From Chrysomallon squamiferum (Eukaryota; Animalia; Mollusca), in contig CM022670.1 of the NCBI GenBank assembly GCA_012295275.1, forward strand, positions 4,278,001 to 4,342,000: a stretch of 64,000 bases of DNA. Direction: 5' to 3'. Shown piece by piece: positions 1 through 15,911 of this stretch. Positions within the stretch are counted from its first letter, which is position 1. Each line of letters starts with the position of its first letter. The notes beneath the pieces are model-generated. The model saw nothing but the letters and a program-made list of their open reading frames with translations. It had not been told where the DNA came from and ran no database searches. The position numbers and the translations under genes were made by a program.

Positions 1-764
1 CAGTTGTAATTGCTTATGCAAACTATTTTCCATACTGCAAGAGAGAAAGAAGAATATTTAATTTAATTTTATTTAATTTTATTTTTTCGAAGAAGAAATT
101 ATGTTTGTTATTATTATTAGTAGTAGTGGCAGTGGTAGTAATAATAGTAGTCACAGTGATAGTAGTAGCTGTATAGAGTAATAGTAATATATCTATCGAT
201 ACGTCTTTCTGTCTATCCCTCTATCCCTCTATCTATCTATCTATCTGTTTGTCTATCTGTTTGCCTGTCTGTCTGCCTGACTATTTATCTATCTATCTAT
301 TATAATGCTATTTTAACTGTTATTATTTTTCAAATTAGCCTGTATTTTCCAGTTTAGAGATATAAAAACATATTACTAATCTTCGTGAATTTATTGAAGG
401 AAGACGGTTCCAGGACACGATCCTTGTTCTCGCCAGACGTGATCGATTTTTCAACTGTGTGTATCTGAAATCCGTTTTGCGTTATAACTACTTAGCCACA
501 TTTACACTTGACCAAACAACGTATGCCTGTGAGCAGATGATCAAGGAAGTAATTATCTTCGTAGATTCAGAACAGATGTTGGAAATCTTCGTACAAATTC
601 GTACAAATTATATACCTTCTTCTTCTTTTTCTTCTTCTTTTTCTTTTTACTATTACTACTACTACTACTACTACTATTACTATTACTACTACTACCACTA
701 CTACTACTACTATTAATACTACAATTACTACAACTACTAAAACTATTACTGTAACTATTATTTA

Positions 765-798
<34 letters not shown>

Positions 799-2009
799 TT
801 ATCACAATTACAATAATGAAAGGAAGAAAATGGCGGGGTTCATTTAATTAGCATAGACTTATTAATTATTTTATACTTTATTATTAAGAAAGACTGGTTG
901 TCAGGTACTACTGAATTAAGAAATCGGAAGAAAGTAAAATGCATTTAGATAACGTGTCAATAGCACAAAAGGTTCACTTTAAAACAATAATCATATATTA
1001 TTTTAATAACGGCCACTTTATTATAAAGAAAATAGTGCGTGCTGATTTCTGTGGTACCGGATATCTTAAAACCCTTTAAATATGATTAACCAATAAGGAG
1101 AAAATTCTGTTGCAGTCTGTTAGCAGTTTCTGTGAAAAAAAAACACACCTCAAAAACAAAACAAAACAAAACAAATCCTTTGATACCACGTAACACAATA
1201 AAGGGTCTTCAATCAAATATCACTTTTTGAAAATTTCATTAAATAAACGGTTTTAACGTCAGAACGATCTGTATGTTGTCTTTGATAACAGTATCGCATA
1301 ACAACATTAAAATGTCTTACAATCAGGTTTTTGCTCCAACGTTTTTCTGTTTGTTTGCAAACCCGGGCGGACCAATACTGCGAAAATACATTAGAGTAAT
1401 TCGTTATCATTTATCACCGATTTGACACGTAAAATACCACTAAATGCACAAATACTGCAGGCTGCAAGAACAACAATAAAGCTAAATACAGTTAAAAAAA
1501 AAGAAAAAAAAAAGTAAATTTAATAAGGCTCAAACAAATAAATTGTTTTGCGCACCTTTTCGTTTCAACAAATACATTTAAAACCTTAAGTAATTTGTGA
1601 AAAAAAATTCACACCCACAGTAACACACACACTTTGATAACGACATACCGTTGCATATTCAGGTTTAATAAGGACTAAAGAAAGTGTTTTAAGTGTTTGC
1701 GATAGGGAAAACAATTATTATTGTTATTATTATTATTATTATTGTTGTTGTTGTTGTTGTTGTTGTTATTGTGGTTGTTATTGTAATGGTTTTTAATGCC
1801 ATAAAATACATAAAAACAACAACACATATTAAATAATTATGGCTATTGTTGCTACTTTTTATGCACTAAACAAACAACAGTGTTGCATGTATGCATGGAA
1901 TAAATAAAACTGTAATTATTAAAGTTTAAAAAGAATTGAAAATCGAGCTTTTTACGAAATTAAAAAAGCCATTTTCAAAACAGAAATCGCATGATCATGC
2001 ACAATTAAA

Positions 2010-2245
2010 GTTTGTTTTTGTTTAAAGACGTAACTACATTATACTGATAATTTTCTCAACATCGATATCAAATACTTAGATACACAGTCATCAGAGAATA
2101 AATACCCTCTCTATAATCCTATAGTAGCAACGCAGCACCTTCCTGTAGGTGCATTCAAAGACTGAAGATTATTTTTGAGCAATGGCCGGAACGAGAAAAC
2201 GTCCAGTGGGCGGCTAATGAGATTTGATCCAGCACGATCCTAGCA
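2010..2245 (-). mobile_element. Old SINE-like fragment
   Basis: ggccggaacgagaaaac resembles the reverse complement of ctatatctcgttccagcc near 15502 and agcactggatggaacaagaac near 32781; family recognised from memory of gastropod SINEs only. Confidence 0.4.
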
Positions 2246-2749
2246 GTTATAAATAATTTTGCTGACTATAACAATATTTGTCTCTTGTGAATTTGATCAA
2301 GAACTAAAAGACATTGATTGAACTGTGTGCACACACAGACAAGAACTCTCGTGTCAGCGTAGGAGAGCAGAGTGATATTAGTTTTTACTCGTTCCAAAGA
2401 TTCGCGAGTTTTCGAGCCAGTGGTGAAGATATTAAATAATGAATCTGGAACCCTGTGGATTACAGTCTTCTGAATTTGCGCAAGAGGCCATATTTTCAAG
2501 ACGAATGATTCAAATAGGAAAAAGCTCTGTGTAAACTCAATACAGAAACGAATCTATATTATTATTATTATTATTATTACAGAGAGGTTGTTTGATTTCA
2601 TATGTTTGCGCAGTCAGTATTAACAAGTATTTTAACTGTAATAGTATTGGCGGCATGTTTTTTATTTATAAGTAATAATGGATAATTAGATTGCTCACAT
2701 TGTAATCTACTTTAAACACTGAACAGTTGTGTGAGATACTGGGTTTAAA

Positions 2750-2750
2750 A

Positions 2751-2791
<41 letters not shown>

Positions 2792-3058
2792 CAACAGCAA
2801 CAACAATAACAATAATAAAAATAACAACAGCAACAACAACAACAATAATAATAATAACAATAATAACAGCAACAACAACAACAATAATAATAATAACAAT
2901 AAGAAAATAATATTAATAATATTAATATTAATATTATTATTTTTGTTGCTGTTGTTGTTATTGTCATTGTTATTGTTATTATTATTATTACTATTTCTAT
3001 TATTATTATTATTATTATTATTATCGATATTGTTATTTTTATCTTTGTTGTTGTTGAT
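2750..3058. repeat. Compound (AAT/AAC)n then (TTA/TTG)n microsatellite
   Basis: Direct reading. Confidence 0.95.
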
Positions 3059-3608
3059 GCCATGGATTATATGTTGTTTATGTATTTTCCTGTACACAGT
3101 TATATAAGACAATAAAACTATTTTCTGTCCTGTGAGTAAAGAAAATGACTGAACAAACTGATTTCTCCTCAGTGACAGTCACCTGATCATTAGAAAATAA
3201 ATATTTTAATTTAATTAACAACCTCTTATCATACACAGGAACACAAACCACATAAAGAATAACGAAAACGGTTAACAGTTGTAGAGCCATAGCTAGAACG
3301 GAAAATGCTTCAGTAAACTAATTCAGTACAGTCGATCCTGCCATTCGTCTAGGTTGGAGAAACCATCTTTATATGACCTCGCTTATAAACATCAGCTTGT
3401 TATGATTGGACATATTCGCGTCGTTGTTTACCCCAAAATATCATAGCTAACCAAATAACCTTAATTAGTTCATTGTAGTTATGTTTACTTGGTTAGCAAT
3501 TCATCATCCCCTTCATAATTATGCTGTCAAAACATTTACTACGTGCCTAGCAAATGATGACTGTACTTGGCGCCGAGTACAGCCTGGCGTGTTTTTCATG
3601 TGAAGTGA

Positions 3609-3697
3609 AACGTATACAGTCATCAAAGACGTATACAAACACTATCACCACAGCAACGTATACAGTCATCAAAGACGTATACAAACACTATCACCAC
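3609..3697. repeat. 46-bp tandem duplication
   Basis: aacgtatacagtcatcaaagacgtatacaaacactatcaccac at 3609 and 3655. Confidence 0.9.
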
Positions 3698-4280
3698 CGC
3701 TCTGTCTTAGAGAGCTATGGAGACCTTATGTCAGATTGCTGTATCAGTACTGAGTTTAGGTTTTATACGTATATAAATGGGTTACATGTATGTGGAGGGT
3801 TAGATAGGTAGATTTATATATATGTATGTATAATATATACTGTTGATGCATACTTATCTACCTACTTACATGCATAACGTAATGAAACCAGTGCTTTGCC
3901 AGTTTTGTAAATATCTGTGATGAGAACTGAAACGTATGTAATTAAACCGTCTCTTTAACTTTTAACTGTTCTGATTTATGTCCAGAATATTGCATGATTC
4001 CAAATGTGGAGGGTATTAACTTGATCAGAAAGAAACAGCGGAAGAAAACGATTGCTGTACTATTATGACATTTCCTTTGATTTAGAGAGCTTTACTGTTC
4101 TGGGTTTAAGACCAATTTGTTACTTGAATAATTTGGATTTATATCTATTTTCACATGAATCATTTCCTCGTAAAACGATCAAATAAAAAAATAAAAAAAC
4201 CAAACATTTAGTGACATTCAAAATGTTTTAAAGTAGAACAGTACTTTTGGCAATCTCGCTAAATGGAAATTTCACGGAGA

Positions 4281-4312
<32 letters not shown>

Positions 4313-7300
4313 GTGCAAATTATTAAATTCCTAAGTTACTTAAGCGAGAATAAAAAGCTCTAATAGTTGTTTTAGTTACCTTGTATTGATTTTAAATAAC
4401 TAGATAGTCTAGCTCGAACACAGGGCATCTTGATCTAGAGTAAAATCCAGTTAGACTGACACCAGGGAATTTTACTGAAATAAATGAGTCAAAGTACTGT
4501 TTAAGAGAGTATATCGAGGAATAATTTGATGTGAAACATTTAAATTAATTCTGTTCTGTAGATGAGTTTTCTGGAGAAAAAAAAACCACAAAAAAAAAAA
4601 CCAAAAAAAAAAAACCACCAAAAAAACAACAAAAAAACAACAAAACACTTTAAATTATCACGTTGTGATCTTTTAGACAAGTAGCGGATTCTTAGCGCAG
4701 ATTGTTTTCTGAGATCTTCTCTGGTGTTGTTGTTGTTGTTGTTGTTGTTGCAGTGTTGTAGTACTGCCTCCTTGCAATTAATTCCTTAAATATCATGTAA
4801 GAGAAAGATAAGGACAGAAGGTTAGACAAACAGCCAGACAGACAATCAAACAGAGATTCTCGACGTCTTTGAAATATTCAAGACAAAAATAATTACTTTC
4901 TTCAGCAACAACGCGGGGGACAGCGGTGCAGACCATCCGTTATTGTCTTACTCAGATGTTAGCAATAATTCCAGAGATTATTACTTTTAGGAAAACCTTG
5001 GAAAGAAAAAAAGGATGACGTTTTCCAGAACTGTGCTATCCTAGCCTTTGCATCTAAAGCCAGTATCTTTTGTTATCGGACCACCAATATCGGAAACTTC
5101 TCCAGAGGACTTCAGCCAAGACGTAACTGAGCGTTGAAAAATCCTTACTGTTTGCTCGTTGATAACAGAATTCCAAAGCCGGTAAAGACAGACATTTCAG
5201 AGTTATAAGCTTTTTATCTCCGACTCTGACAGTTCTCATTAAAAGAGAAATGCGAAGAGAAGGCAAACTGTTTTCCATCACCATAAGAACTGCATTAGAC
5301 TAAGAAATATGGACAAAGAAAAATTAAATTTTCATGACCAAAATAAATACTTGTTGTATGCAAATTATATTTCTTCAACACGCTCGAGTTGTATCAGTTT
5401 ATCATATAAGGCTGTCATGCTTGTTTCATTTTATTAAGGCAATAATTTTGGAACGGAGAGAATGACTTGTCTTCAGCGAAAGAAATATGGACGTGGCATA
5501 AGTTATATATCAGTAATAAAATGAAACCCAAACTCCATATACCTAATATTCCTTCTCCATAAAAAGTGATATGTAATAAAAAAAATAAAAAAGTGAAAGA
5601 AATATGCTGAGCGCGCGGCTAAGAGGACAGATGGATTACTGACAAATTACATTTCATTAATAAAAGAAAGATATTGCAAGCAAATTACATTTTATAAGAA
5701 ACTCAATCTGCGTAATGTTCCCAAACGTTCGATTTATGAGATGAAGTTAGAGATGTGTCAGTGCGTTTGGAATGAATCTGTTACTTTGGTCTTAAACTGG
5801 TACCTTACGTCTCTTCCACAGCGGAATAAATATTACATTACCTTACACTATATGAATATCTAACCGCCTTCTGATAAATAAAGTTGTGTTTGTAAATGCC
5901 AGTGTATATGTGTGCATCTATAAAAAAAAAAAAAAAAATAATAATAATAATAAAATAATAATAATAATAATAACTGTTATTATTGTTGTTGTTGTTGTTG
6001 TTGTTATTATTATTATTATTTTTAGAGAGGTTTAGGGTTCCACTATTAAAAGATAAAAGAGATGTAAGGATAAACAGACAATAAAACAGTCGACGCAAAA
6101 ACAGAACTCTTTTTATTATTATTATTATTATTATTTTTTTTTTTTCTTCAGAAGTCGTCAACACATGCCACCATCACTTGCATATCAGAATTGCAGGAAA
6201 TTTTCGCCTCGGGCCCAGGAAATAAACTGGGAATTTTCCAGATTGAATTTAATCAGGCCAAAAAGTCCGGTTTTCATATTTCTGCACTGGAACGAATGGT
6301 TTCCATGACTATTGATGAAAAACGAACTCTCGAGTACGTACAATGTGGTTACAGGCAATATTTCACTTCCAGCACATTAAATAACCGAGTTAGTTAACGC
6401 CGTCACAGACTGAAGTTTTTACTCGCCTTTAAATTTTTGATGCTGGTAATAAAAGCTGTTTGTTCTGACACTGAACAACGTTACTGTATGAAATAAATAT
6501 TTTTAATGCGTGTGTGTGTGTTTGTGTGTTGTGTTTGTGTGCGCGCGTGTGTGCTAATTTTACAACAAAGAACAGTTTTATTATATGTATGTGTGTATGT
6601 ATATATGTATATGTGTACATTGTGTTTGTACGTCTGTACATCATTTCTTTCGTCCACAGCTGGACTAAAAGTTCAAAGTAGAAGTCACCTTCTGTAATTA
6701 ATAACTGTATTTAATAATACACGAAATACGCTACATCGTGTTCAGCAGCAGAGATTCACAATACCACCAAGTATTTAACATCTAAGCTGTTTTATCACCG
6801 GAATTTACGTGTGATATTAACTGATAACATCTAAAAGCCGGATATGATATTTATAAAATAAAAAAAAAAAAAAAAAAAATAAAACATAAAAAATACATAT
6901 TGATCCCAAGGGCGGCAGCTGACCATTTATTTCTAATCTGTGGGCAGCTAATGACGTATAAACGTAAATGTTACATAGAAAACAAGCCTTTATGGCTTCT
7001 GTCACGCTAGTTCTTCTGTTCGGCTGGAAAAGAATATCCAGTCCAATTCGTACTGGTTAGCGATTAAACAAAAAAAAAAAAAAAAAAAAAAAGAAAGAAA
7101 GAAAAAAGGCCTTTGCTGTCTGTAATTTTTCACGTTCTCGTTTTGTTAAAAAATGTGTCTGTTAAGTCAAAAATTGATTTGATCTTGTCATGATGAATTA
7201 TGTTCATTGTTTATTATCCTTGGACACGTTAATGACGTAATGGTTACGGTATGTAACGTAATATTAATAATAATAATATGATATGCTATGCTGCTGCTGC

Positions 7301-7947
7301 TGTTGATAATGATGATGATGACGATAACGATCGTAGTAAAGTTATGTTGAAGGCGACGGTGATAATCATGATTATAATAATAACATTGTTACAGATATAA
7401 TAATAATGACAATGATGGTTACACTAACTATGATTTGATGATGACGACGTTAATGGTGATGATGGCGATGTGTTGATGATCATCATCATCATTTAGACTG
7501 TACTTCTGAAATTTTTTTTACATCTAACCTGTTTCTTTTATTACTAAATATAATTGATGGTCATGAACAAAAATCACTAATGTCGTGTTCTTCACAGAAT
7601 TCTGAATTCTTCTGATCCATCCCATTTCAGAAAAAAAAAAAATGTTTTAATACCATGTATGTTGCCGTGATTTATTGTTGACAAAACATTCTTGCCAGAA
7701 CAGAATGTTGTTTCCCATGGTCTTTGTTTTAATCAATATGATAGCCGCGCCGATGATAACAGTGCTGACCGTACCTGTAACACGTTCATCATTAACAAAA
7801 GAACTGGATTCCTTTTAAAGGTGCACATAAAGACTATGGGACTGGAACGGTCATCATCTTTCTTTCCGTCAGATGCAGCTAATCAGCTGCAATTTTAGCT
7901 GAAACATCATTAACTTATTTTACAGTACCAATTCGTAAAACTATTTT

Positions 7948-8072
<125 letters not shown>

Positions 8073-8938
8073 ATTTCTAAGTACTACTTGTAGTTGTATC
8101 TGACTCAAAGGCTGCCACTTGCCGTCATAAAGAACATTACCTTACACCTGCAGATCAGTTCACTTCTAACTGATGCAGATGCAGTCAGTTTGTTTACATT
8201 ATAGTGCTTAACATCTCTCAGACACTTCAAAACCAGAAAAAAACATTTTTTTGAAAATATTTCAAACCTGCAAATATTCATCTCCATTTCATTTATATTT
8301 TATTTTACGACATATTCATCGAAACACGGTCGTTAATACAATATGAAATGGTAAAAACATTTCCAAAGAAAGAAAAAAAAAATGTCTGCTGAGAAAGTTT
8401 TGCGTAAAATCACTGTATATTTATTAAAATATTAAATTTTATGCTGTATGTATCGAATCGTAATTTGATTTATTACTTCCTTTGCCGATTATTAACATTT
8501 ATGAGATCCTGAAAAATGTCTTTGATGGTTCGTGTGCAAGAAGAAAAAAAAAGATCTAGTTATAATTCACTTACAGGCTTCAGCTTGAAAATGTACAGTG
8601 TACTGAAAGCGAAATTACTGTTAGTTGGTAGCTGTGGTATTAACAGCAGCAGTGATAACAGAGGTAGTAGTAGTAGTAGTAATAGTAGTAATAGTAGCAG
8701 TAGTAGTAGTACTAGTAATAATAGTAGTAGTAGTAGTAGTAATAGTAGTAGATGTGTTTATTGTTGTAGTAAAAGTATTCGTAGCTCTAGCTGTTGCTGT
8801 AATAAAACGGTAACAGATTAAAACAGCATTTTAGAAACTTTGTAACTGTAGCACGTACATATATATGTACACTTACAGATGTACAAACAGATACACAAAC
8901 ATATATAGAGATATGTGTGGATGTTGTATGTATGTGTG

Positions 8939-8972
<34 letters not shown>

Positions 8973-9502
8973 TGTGTTCAAATTACTTCATCACAGTCTT
9001 TTTTTCTTTTGACCGCGTGTCGAAGTAATTCCCGGACGAGTATATGACAAAAATCCGTTGTCTGTTATGGGACCCGCCGAAGCATTAAATTATCGACCAC
9101 GTTAATCAAACTGTCAGTGGCCGAGGACTTGCGTTAACGAACTCAGATTGTTTGAAGATTTAATGAGGTTATAATTTATCTTCGAGCTTCTAATAACTAA
9201 ACAATTTTTCGTTTTTTAAGCAATCTTGGCTTCAATCATTCAGCTCAGACGTCTGGGGTATGTGTGTCAGGTGCAACTCAGGTGAATGAGTTCTTGTGGA
9301 GAACGAAAGAAGGAACAGCAAACGGAAGGAAGGACGGATGTTAGGGAAGGAGGAAGGAAGGAAAGTGTTTTTATCAATAACGATATTGTAGTGTATGTAT
9401 ATTGATCAGTGGATGTGTGTTATTAAAGTTGTGATAGTGTTGAAAGGAAAATGATGTTGTTTGTTTTTCTCTCCTTATTACTGGATAGATAATTACCTAC
9501 AG

Positions 9503-9545
<43 letters not shown>

Positions 9546-9622
9546 AAAGGGTCCCAAGTCGCATGTTTTGAGGATAAAACAGTTTTCAAAACTGTTTCCA
9601 GTGATTGATCTGCAAACAGACA

Positions 9623-9742
<120 letters not shown>

Positions 9743-10926
9743 AAATACACAGAAACACATACAATAATGCAGAAACCCATACACAAAACACTCACAAAAC
9801 AGAAACACACACACATGCACAGCAAGGTAGATGTGATCTGACTAGGAACAGAGGGATAACTGAACTACGATTTTAATTTATAAAGACATTCTGTTGTCTA
9901 CAGAACTTATTAATCTTCATACATGATGTCACTCGTTTGCTTGTGTTTATATTTTTTGGTATATATCATTTTGTAAGTCAACCAAGATTTTTAATTTAAC
10001 TGATGTTCTTTCTTTCATTCGACACAAAAAAAAACAACAAAAAAAAAAAAAAAATGAAGAAGAAAATTAAAACGTAAATGCTTTTAGTGGTTGTTTTATA
10101 GTCTCAGGATAAAAAAAATAGCTTTTTTTTCTTCAAATAATGGAACAACAAGAAGACATCAAGTGAAAATACGCTATAGTGAATCAAATATAAATGCTTA
10201 CCTTTTTCTGTTCAGAACATCACAAAAACTCTTAGTAAATTCCATAATTTATATGAGCTTCCATATGTGAAGAAGAAAACACCCCAAGAACTTCGTAATC
10301 ACCTTGCAAAACATATGGCAACTTATTGCATGGAATCCTCTACAGCAAACAACAAAATAAATTCCAAAGAAATTTTCTGTTTTTCTGTCTTTCTTTTAAT
10401 TATTATCTAACTTACGAAGTTTCCATTATCGATGTAACAGAGATACTTAGAAAACAAATGTTATCAGAATGAAGAAGAAAACAAATAACGTGAAGATAAA
10501 AACAGTCCTCTTTGAATACGATGAATTTTCTTTTTCACTCTTCCTTTCAGTATTAAGAGAAAACGACGCGAAAAGATGTGTGATATTTATTGTTAACTGT
10601 TTGTAAATCAATCCATTCTCAGCAGTCGACGAGAATTTTGAAAAAGCCGAAGCATACTAAACTACTTCTTGCTTCCTGAGAGAGAGAGAAAGAGACAGGC
10701 TTCGATCCGTGAACTGCAATTCGAGTCAGCGTATGGCCAAGTTTCCCGCAGTAAATGTAAAATCGAAGTGGACCTGTTGACATCCTGTGTTCGCCGTGCG
10801 ATGGGGACTGTCGCTGTGTGACCGTCAGAATCGGCATTCTCCGTAATGAAGCTTTTCAGATAAGCACCACTCGTTTCTATGGCAACTGCATAAAGGTGGA
10901 AAAGCTTCATCATCACACTACCTTGC

Positions 10927-10971
<45 letters not shown>

Positions 10972-12904
10972 TTATCCTTTATGAAGTTTTTAACTTTTTA
11001 AAAATTAACATTACGAGAGAATTCACATGCAGATGTCTAAAGACAGTTAGAACAACAGTTTGAGAAAATTGCCTAGAAACCGATGTCTAGTGACGTGTTT
11101 TCATTTGTATGCACGCAGGTGTCGGACGTAGAGCAGTTAAATCTCGCTGATGAAGATTTTTTTTTTTTTTCAGATGTGGAGGGGATTTCCTGTTGATCAT
11201 ATTATGCAGAGAGAAGTGAGTTGATATAATGAAATCTAACAACCATAAGCTTTTTTACGTTTTTTTTTTTTTTTTTTTTTTCGTATAAAAAGTTCAGACG
11301 CTAAGCTGAATTCTTTTGTAAGCTTCGTGTATTAATGGAGCCAGATGTAAGGCATCTGTCGTTGGTTTAAACACGTACGCTAGTCGTAATGTCCATCCGA
11401 AAGATATGCTGATAATAATTGTTTTCCATGTGTTTTACAGGTACATAGATGTTTCGTTATTCTGCAAGATAAGAACATTTTACAGTTTGGGTGTTTTATA
11501 CGTGTAGAGTTAACCATCATTTACAGGTCTGATTATAACAGATTTTTTAAAACTTTTGTGTAATTTGTTGAAAATTTTTCTGTCTCTAGCTCTCATTCTG
11601 TTTCTTTTTTTAAAACCATCTCTCTATCTTTGTCTTTCTTCTTTCTTATTCAGTCTCTTTCCTTTATTCCATTTTTTTTAAAGATACAAAAATGTAATGA
11701 CATTTTTCTGGGAATCTTCTGGGAATTGTCTTTCAAAATTAATACTTTAATAAGCTTTCACACAAGGAAGAAACTATTGCAAAATAAAAATCGTCCGACG
11801 ATATTATAAGAAAAATAAAAATGAGTTCCTGAAGATGTTGATATATAAAGCGAACAGTCTATTCGAGAACCAGTCAGAATGTTGCTAGCGCCAAACAGCA
11901 TTAGCGCGATCTTTATTGAAACTCTTCTGATTTATGCCGTCTTAAACTTCACAGTGACGTGATTATTTGCCATCGGCAATGGATTAATGAAATCAGCCTG
12001 ACTTTATAACCTCTGTGTTAGCAAGAGTCCACCACTTTGGCTACAAAACGAAGCGACATTAATTTTGTAGTGCGACAACTCATATCGATGCACAGTAGCC
12101 TGAGATTCAAGAGAACCAGAACATTCAGTAATTTCGAATTCAGCCAGATATTCACACTGACCCGAGGGGTATGACGTCATTGTTCTGTCCATCAGTCTGA
12201 AGTGCTCAGCAGTAAGAGTGCTAGACTGAGGCGTGGTGCTAGGCAACACCCATCTTCCTTGGGGATTGGACGCAGGTGTCCCCCAGAATAGTTTTTAAAG
12301 GTTTTTATAAAAAATAAAATAAAATTAATCTGTTAATAATGTCTCCACTGACAAAGAGGCACATAAAAAGAATTGTCCGTGGAGTGTGGTTATTATTGTA
12401 CGTAAGGTATAACTAAGTGTACAGGTATAAAAAGCTGATATGTAGTTATTTAATTTTGTTGCATAAAGGACACACGTATGTACATTGAAAACAAATATGT
12501 GTTTCGCTTATCTTTTAGATGGACATATACAGTACGTTTATGTTAAAAACATAACAGTTTAAACGAAACATATTGATGTCTCTTTCAGTAAACCTTCATT
12601 GATTCAACCAGATTCTTTTGGATGCAAAGGTTTACATCTGTTTCAGAAACATAAATTAAATGAATAGATTTTATTTAATAGACTGGTTTTCGATGTGTTA
12701 ATCTGTTCCAAGTATTGAAATTGTCTCATTTTTCACAGCTGGGTGATCAGATCAGAAAAAAAAAAATCATTAATTTCCTGTGCAGTTGTTGATGATTTTT
12801 TTTTTTTAAATTGTTAGTTATTGTTTTTCTTATATAGAGATGATCAAAAAAAACCCAAATAAAAAACCAACAAAAAACCCCACATTTTTATTGTTAAAAC
12901 TCTC

Positions 12905-12992
<88 letters not shown>

Positions 12993-13150
12993 TCACACAC
13001 ACACACATACATCATTTAGATTGTCTCTCTTTATTTCTATCTATCACTCTATCTATCTATCTCTCTGTCTCTCTCACTTTCTCCCTTTATTTGTCATGAT
13101 CATGTTTCTAATTCAGTCCGATAATTTAGACGAACACGAACACTAGAGAG

Positions 13151-13216
<66 letters not shown>

Positions 13217-13869
13217 CTCGGCCTACCTTTCTAGTTATCCCTCTGATTGTCTGTATCCATCTCTCCCTCTTTGTACGCCTATCTGTCTATTGCTCTCTCA
13301 TTATAAAGAGCTGTGCGCTTTTTTATGACAAAACATTTAATGAAGAAACACATTTTGCCACAAGTGTAATTTTAGTCGGTCTAATGCCTTTCGAATTAAT
13401 TATAATTGAAAAACATTATTTTAATTTGTAAAAGCAAATTCAGGTCCATTAGCGTAGTATTTTTTCACTAAACATTTCCTATCACTCCAGAAATGTATTA
13501 GCAGACGTTAATTTCAGTACAGTGTAATTATTCAAAATCATAGCGTATTAAATACTGAAAAATGATTTAAAAAAATAAATTGCATTTTAATAAAGTGGAA
13601 AAATACTATCATTATATATAATAAATTTTCCATTTTTTCTCTCTCTTAATCTTTCTATTTTTCTATCAATTTCTTTCCTTTGTCTACCCATTTATCTTTC
13701 TATCTGTCTGTCTGACTTTCTGTCTGTCTATCTATCTGTATGTGTGTCTGATTGCCTGTCTGTTTGTTTCTCTGTGTATCAACATATTTATCTACTCATC
13801 CAATCATTAACCCATCCTCTATCTGTCTGTTTACCTGTCAGTACATCATCTATATGTTACTCACTCTTT

Positions 13870-13978
<109 letters not shown>

Positions 13979-15865
13979 GTCTCATGCAAGATAATTATAA
14001 TTACAAAATTATTTAGCTTAAAAACAAAAATGATCCTTCCATTAGTAGAATATTTTCTTGACTAGATGGTTCCTGTGACAACTAAAACTCATTAGCAGTC
14101 ACTTTTGTGAGAGACATTACTGAGTTAATTTACAGTGCGACATATTTTAAAAGAAAATATATCGACTTTACCATGGAAACGCACAGTGAGGTACTTACCT
14201 ATTGATATAAGATTAATGCAGTTCGTACAAATTAACGGAAAATGTCTGCTTACGTATGACGTTAAGCTACGAGTAACTAAGCAATGGTAATGTTTACCGA
14301 TAGCATTTGAGAGCATGTAAAACACAAAATGAACAATTTGTTTGATTTTCAATAAACAAAAAAAAAAAAAAAAAAAAAGAGTGACTAACAACACATAAGT
14401 AATATAATATAATAAATAAACAAAAAAAAATAATAATAATTTCTAGCAAATGATTATTGTTGTATTATTATATTGGCTGATGTAATATTTTGCAAAAGGA
14501 AAATAATAATTTTTGTTTTCACTATGTACATTTCTCTCTTCTTCTGTTGTTTTTTATCTGTTGTTTTTAACATCCTCGATATTTATTACTCCCAAAGCCA
14601 CTCGTTTAGCAGATTCACGTTTAAGACCGCATTGAACTCTCACTGGGGCAATAATAATTTTATTTTCAACAGTTCTGAAACCAAAGCTTTGATTGAATTG
14701 TATTTCATATTATTTCTTTGGCCATTCTCACTGCAGGGCAGCTATTTAATACAAAAAACGACAATTATTCCATTTCGTTGCCGTTGAAACAAAAGCAACA
14801 TTGCATCCTCGCTTTATTCTCACTCGCTGTTATTTTACTCACAGAGTAGTAAGAACAAGAACCAACATATGATCTGTATTGGTTACCAATGGTCGCCCGA
14901 CTAAATTACTTCTCTTCATTTCGTATTCATAGAAAATTGGTTTTGGCCTGAAATCTTCTTTTTTTCTCTCTCTCTCTCTGTCTCCTTTTCCTCGCTGTAA
15001 TTAATTTAGTTGATTTCCCAGAGTAAATATTGGATTTGGTAATAACGTACTACTGGCGTGTTAATTTAAGGAAACAACACTGGTCATTATCGATGGTGGA
15101 TAAACACCTGGAAGACGATATTATAGACTAGTTGGTGCTGCCAAGTCTGCGGAGGAATGTTCGAGAAAACATTACAAAATGGCAGATAACGGAAGTCGTT
15201 TTACCAACGATTAAGTAACGTTTGCAATGCAGAAATGTTATCTGGTATAGTAAAAAGGAACTATTTAGACAACTGAAATGTTATATGGCACACTGAATTT
15301 CGATTTACAATATTATTATTTCGTATACCCACAAAAAGATATTTTATACGTCAGAATCAATTTCCGGCTTACTAATAAAGAATATGTAATGCAACAGGAT
15401 TATTAACTGATAAACTGAAAATGGATATTTTTATTATAGAAACATCTTCAGTATAATAAGAAAAAAATAGATTATATATCCTTCTTTTCGATCCAGTTAG
15501 GCTATATCTCGTTCCAGCCCCGAGTTTTTCAAAGCTACAGTAATTAAATAATAAGCGTAGGTGTATATAAAATCTCTAGCGGTTTTCCTTTCATGTTACC
15601 AAATTCCACGTAATTACAGTTCTGGTGAAATGTAAAATGGCCAATTTAAATAATTTTACTTGGGTCTGGTGTTCCTTGAAAAACAAAATTATAATATTAC
15701 TTAGTTATTTAGATCATGGTAGGTTGTGGTTTGAATAAAATGTAAAAATAACTCGGAGGTTAGCTGGAAATGATAATGCAATAATAGGGATGACAAAATT
15801 AAGTTCTTGATCATAGCTAATCAGAAATAGCTACTCGTACGTCATTGATACAGCTGTTGGACTGC

Positions 15866-15911
<46 letters not shown>

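Noticed and set aside
377-464. Minus-strand exon-like segment open in two frames
   Set aside because: Weak donor and no recognisable homology; cannot be supported without transcripts
11174-11215. 42-nt exon-like segment (polyT-cag|ATGTGG...GAA|gtgagt)
   Set aside because: No partner exons or recognisable peptide; such signals arise by chance next to poly-T
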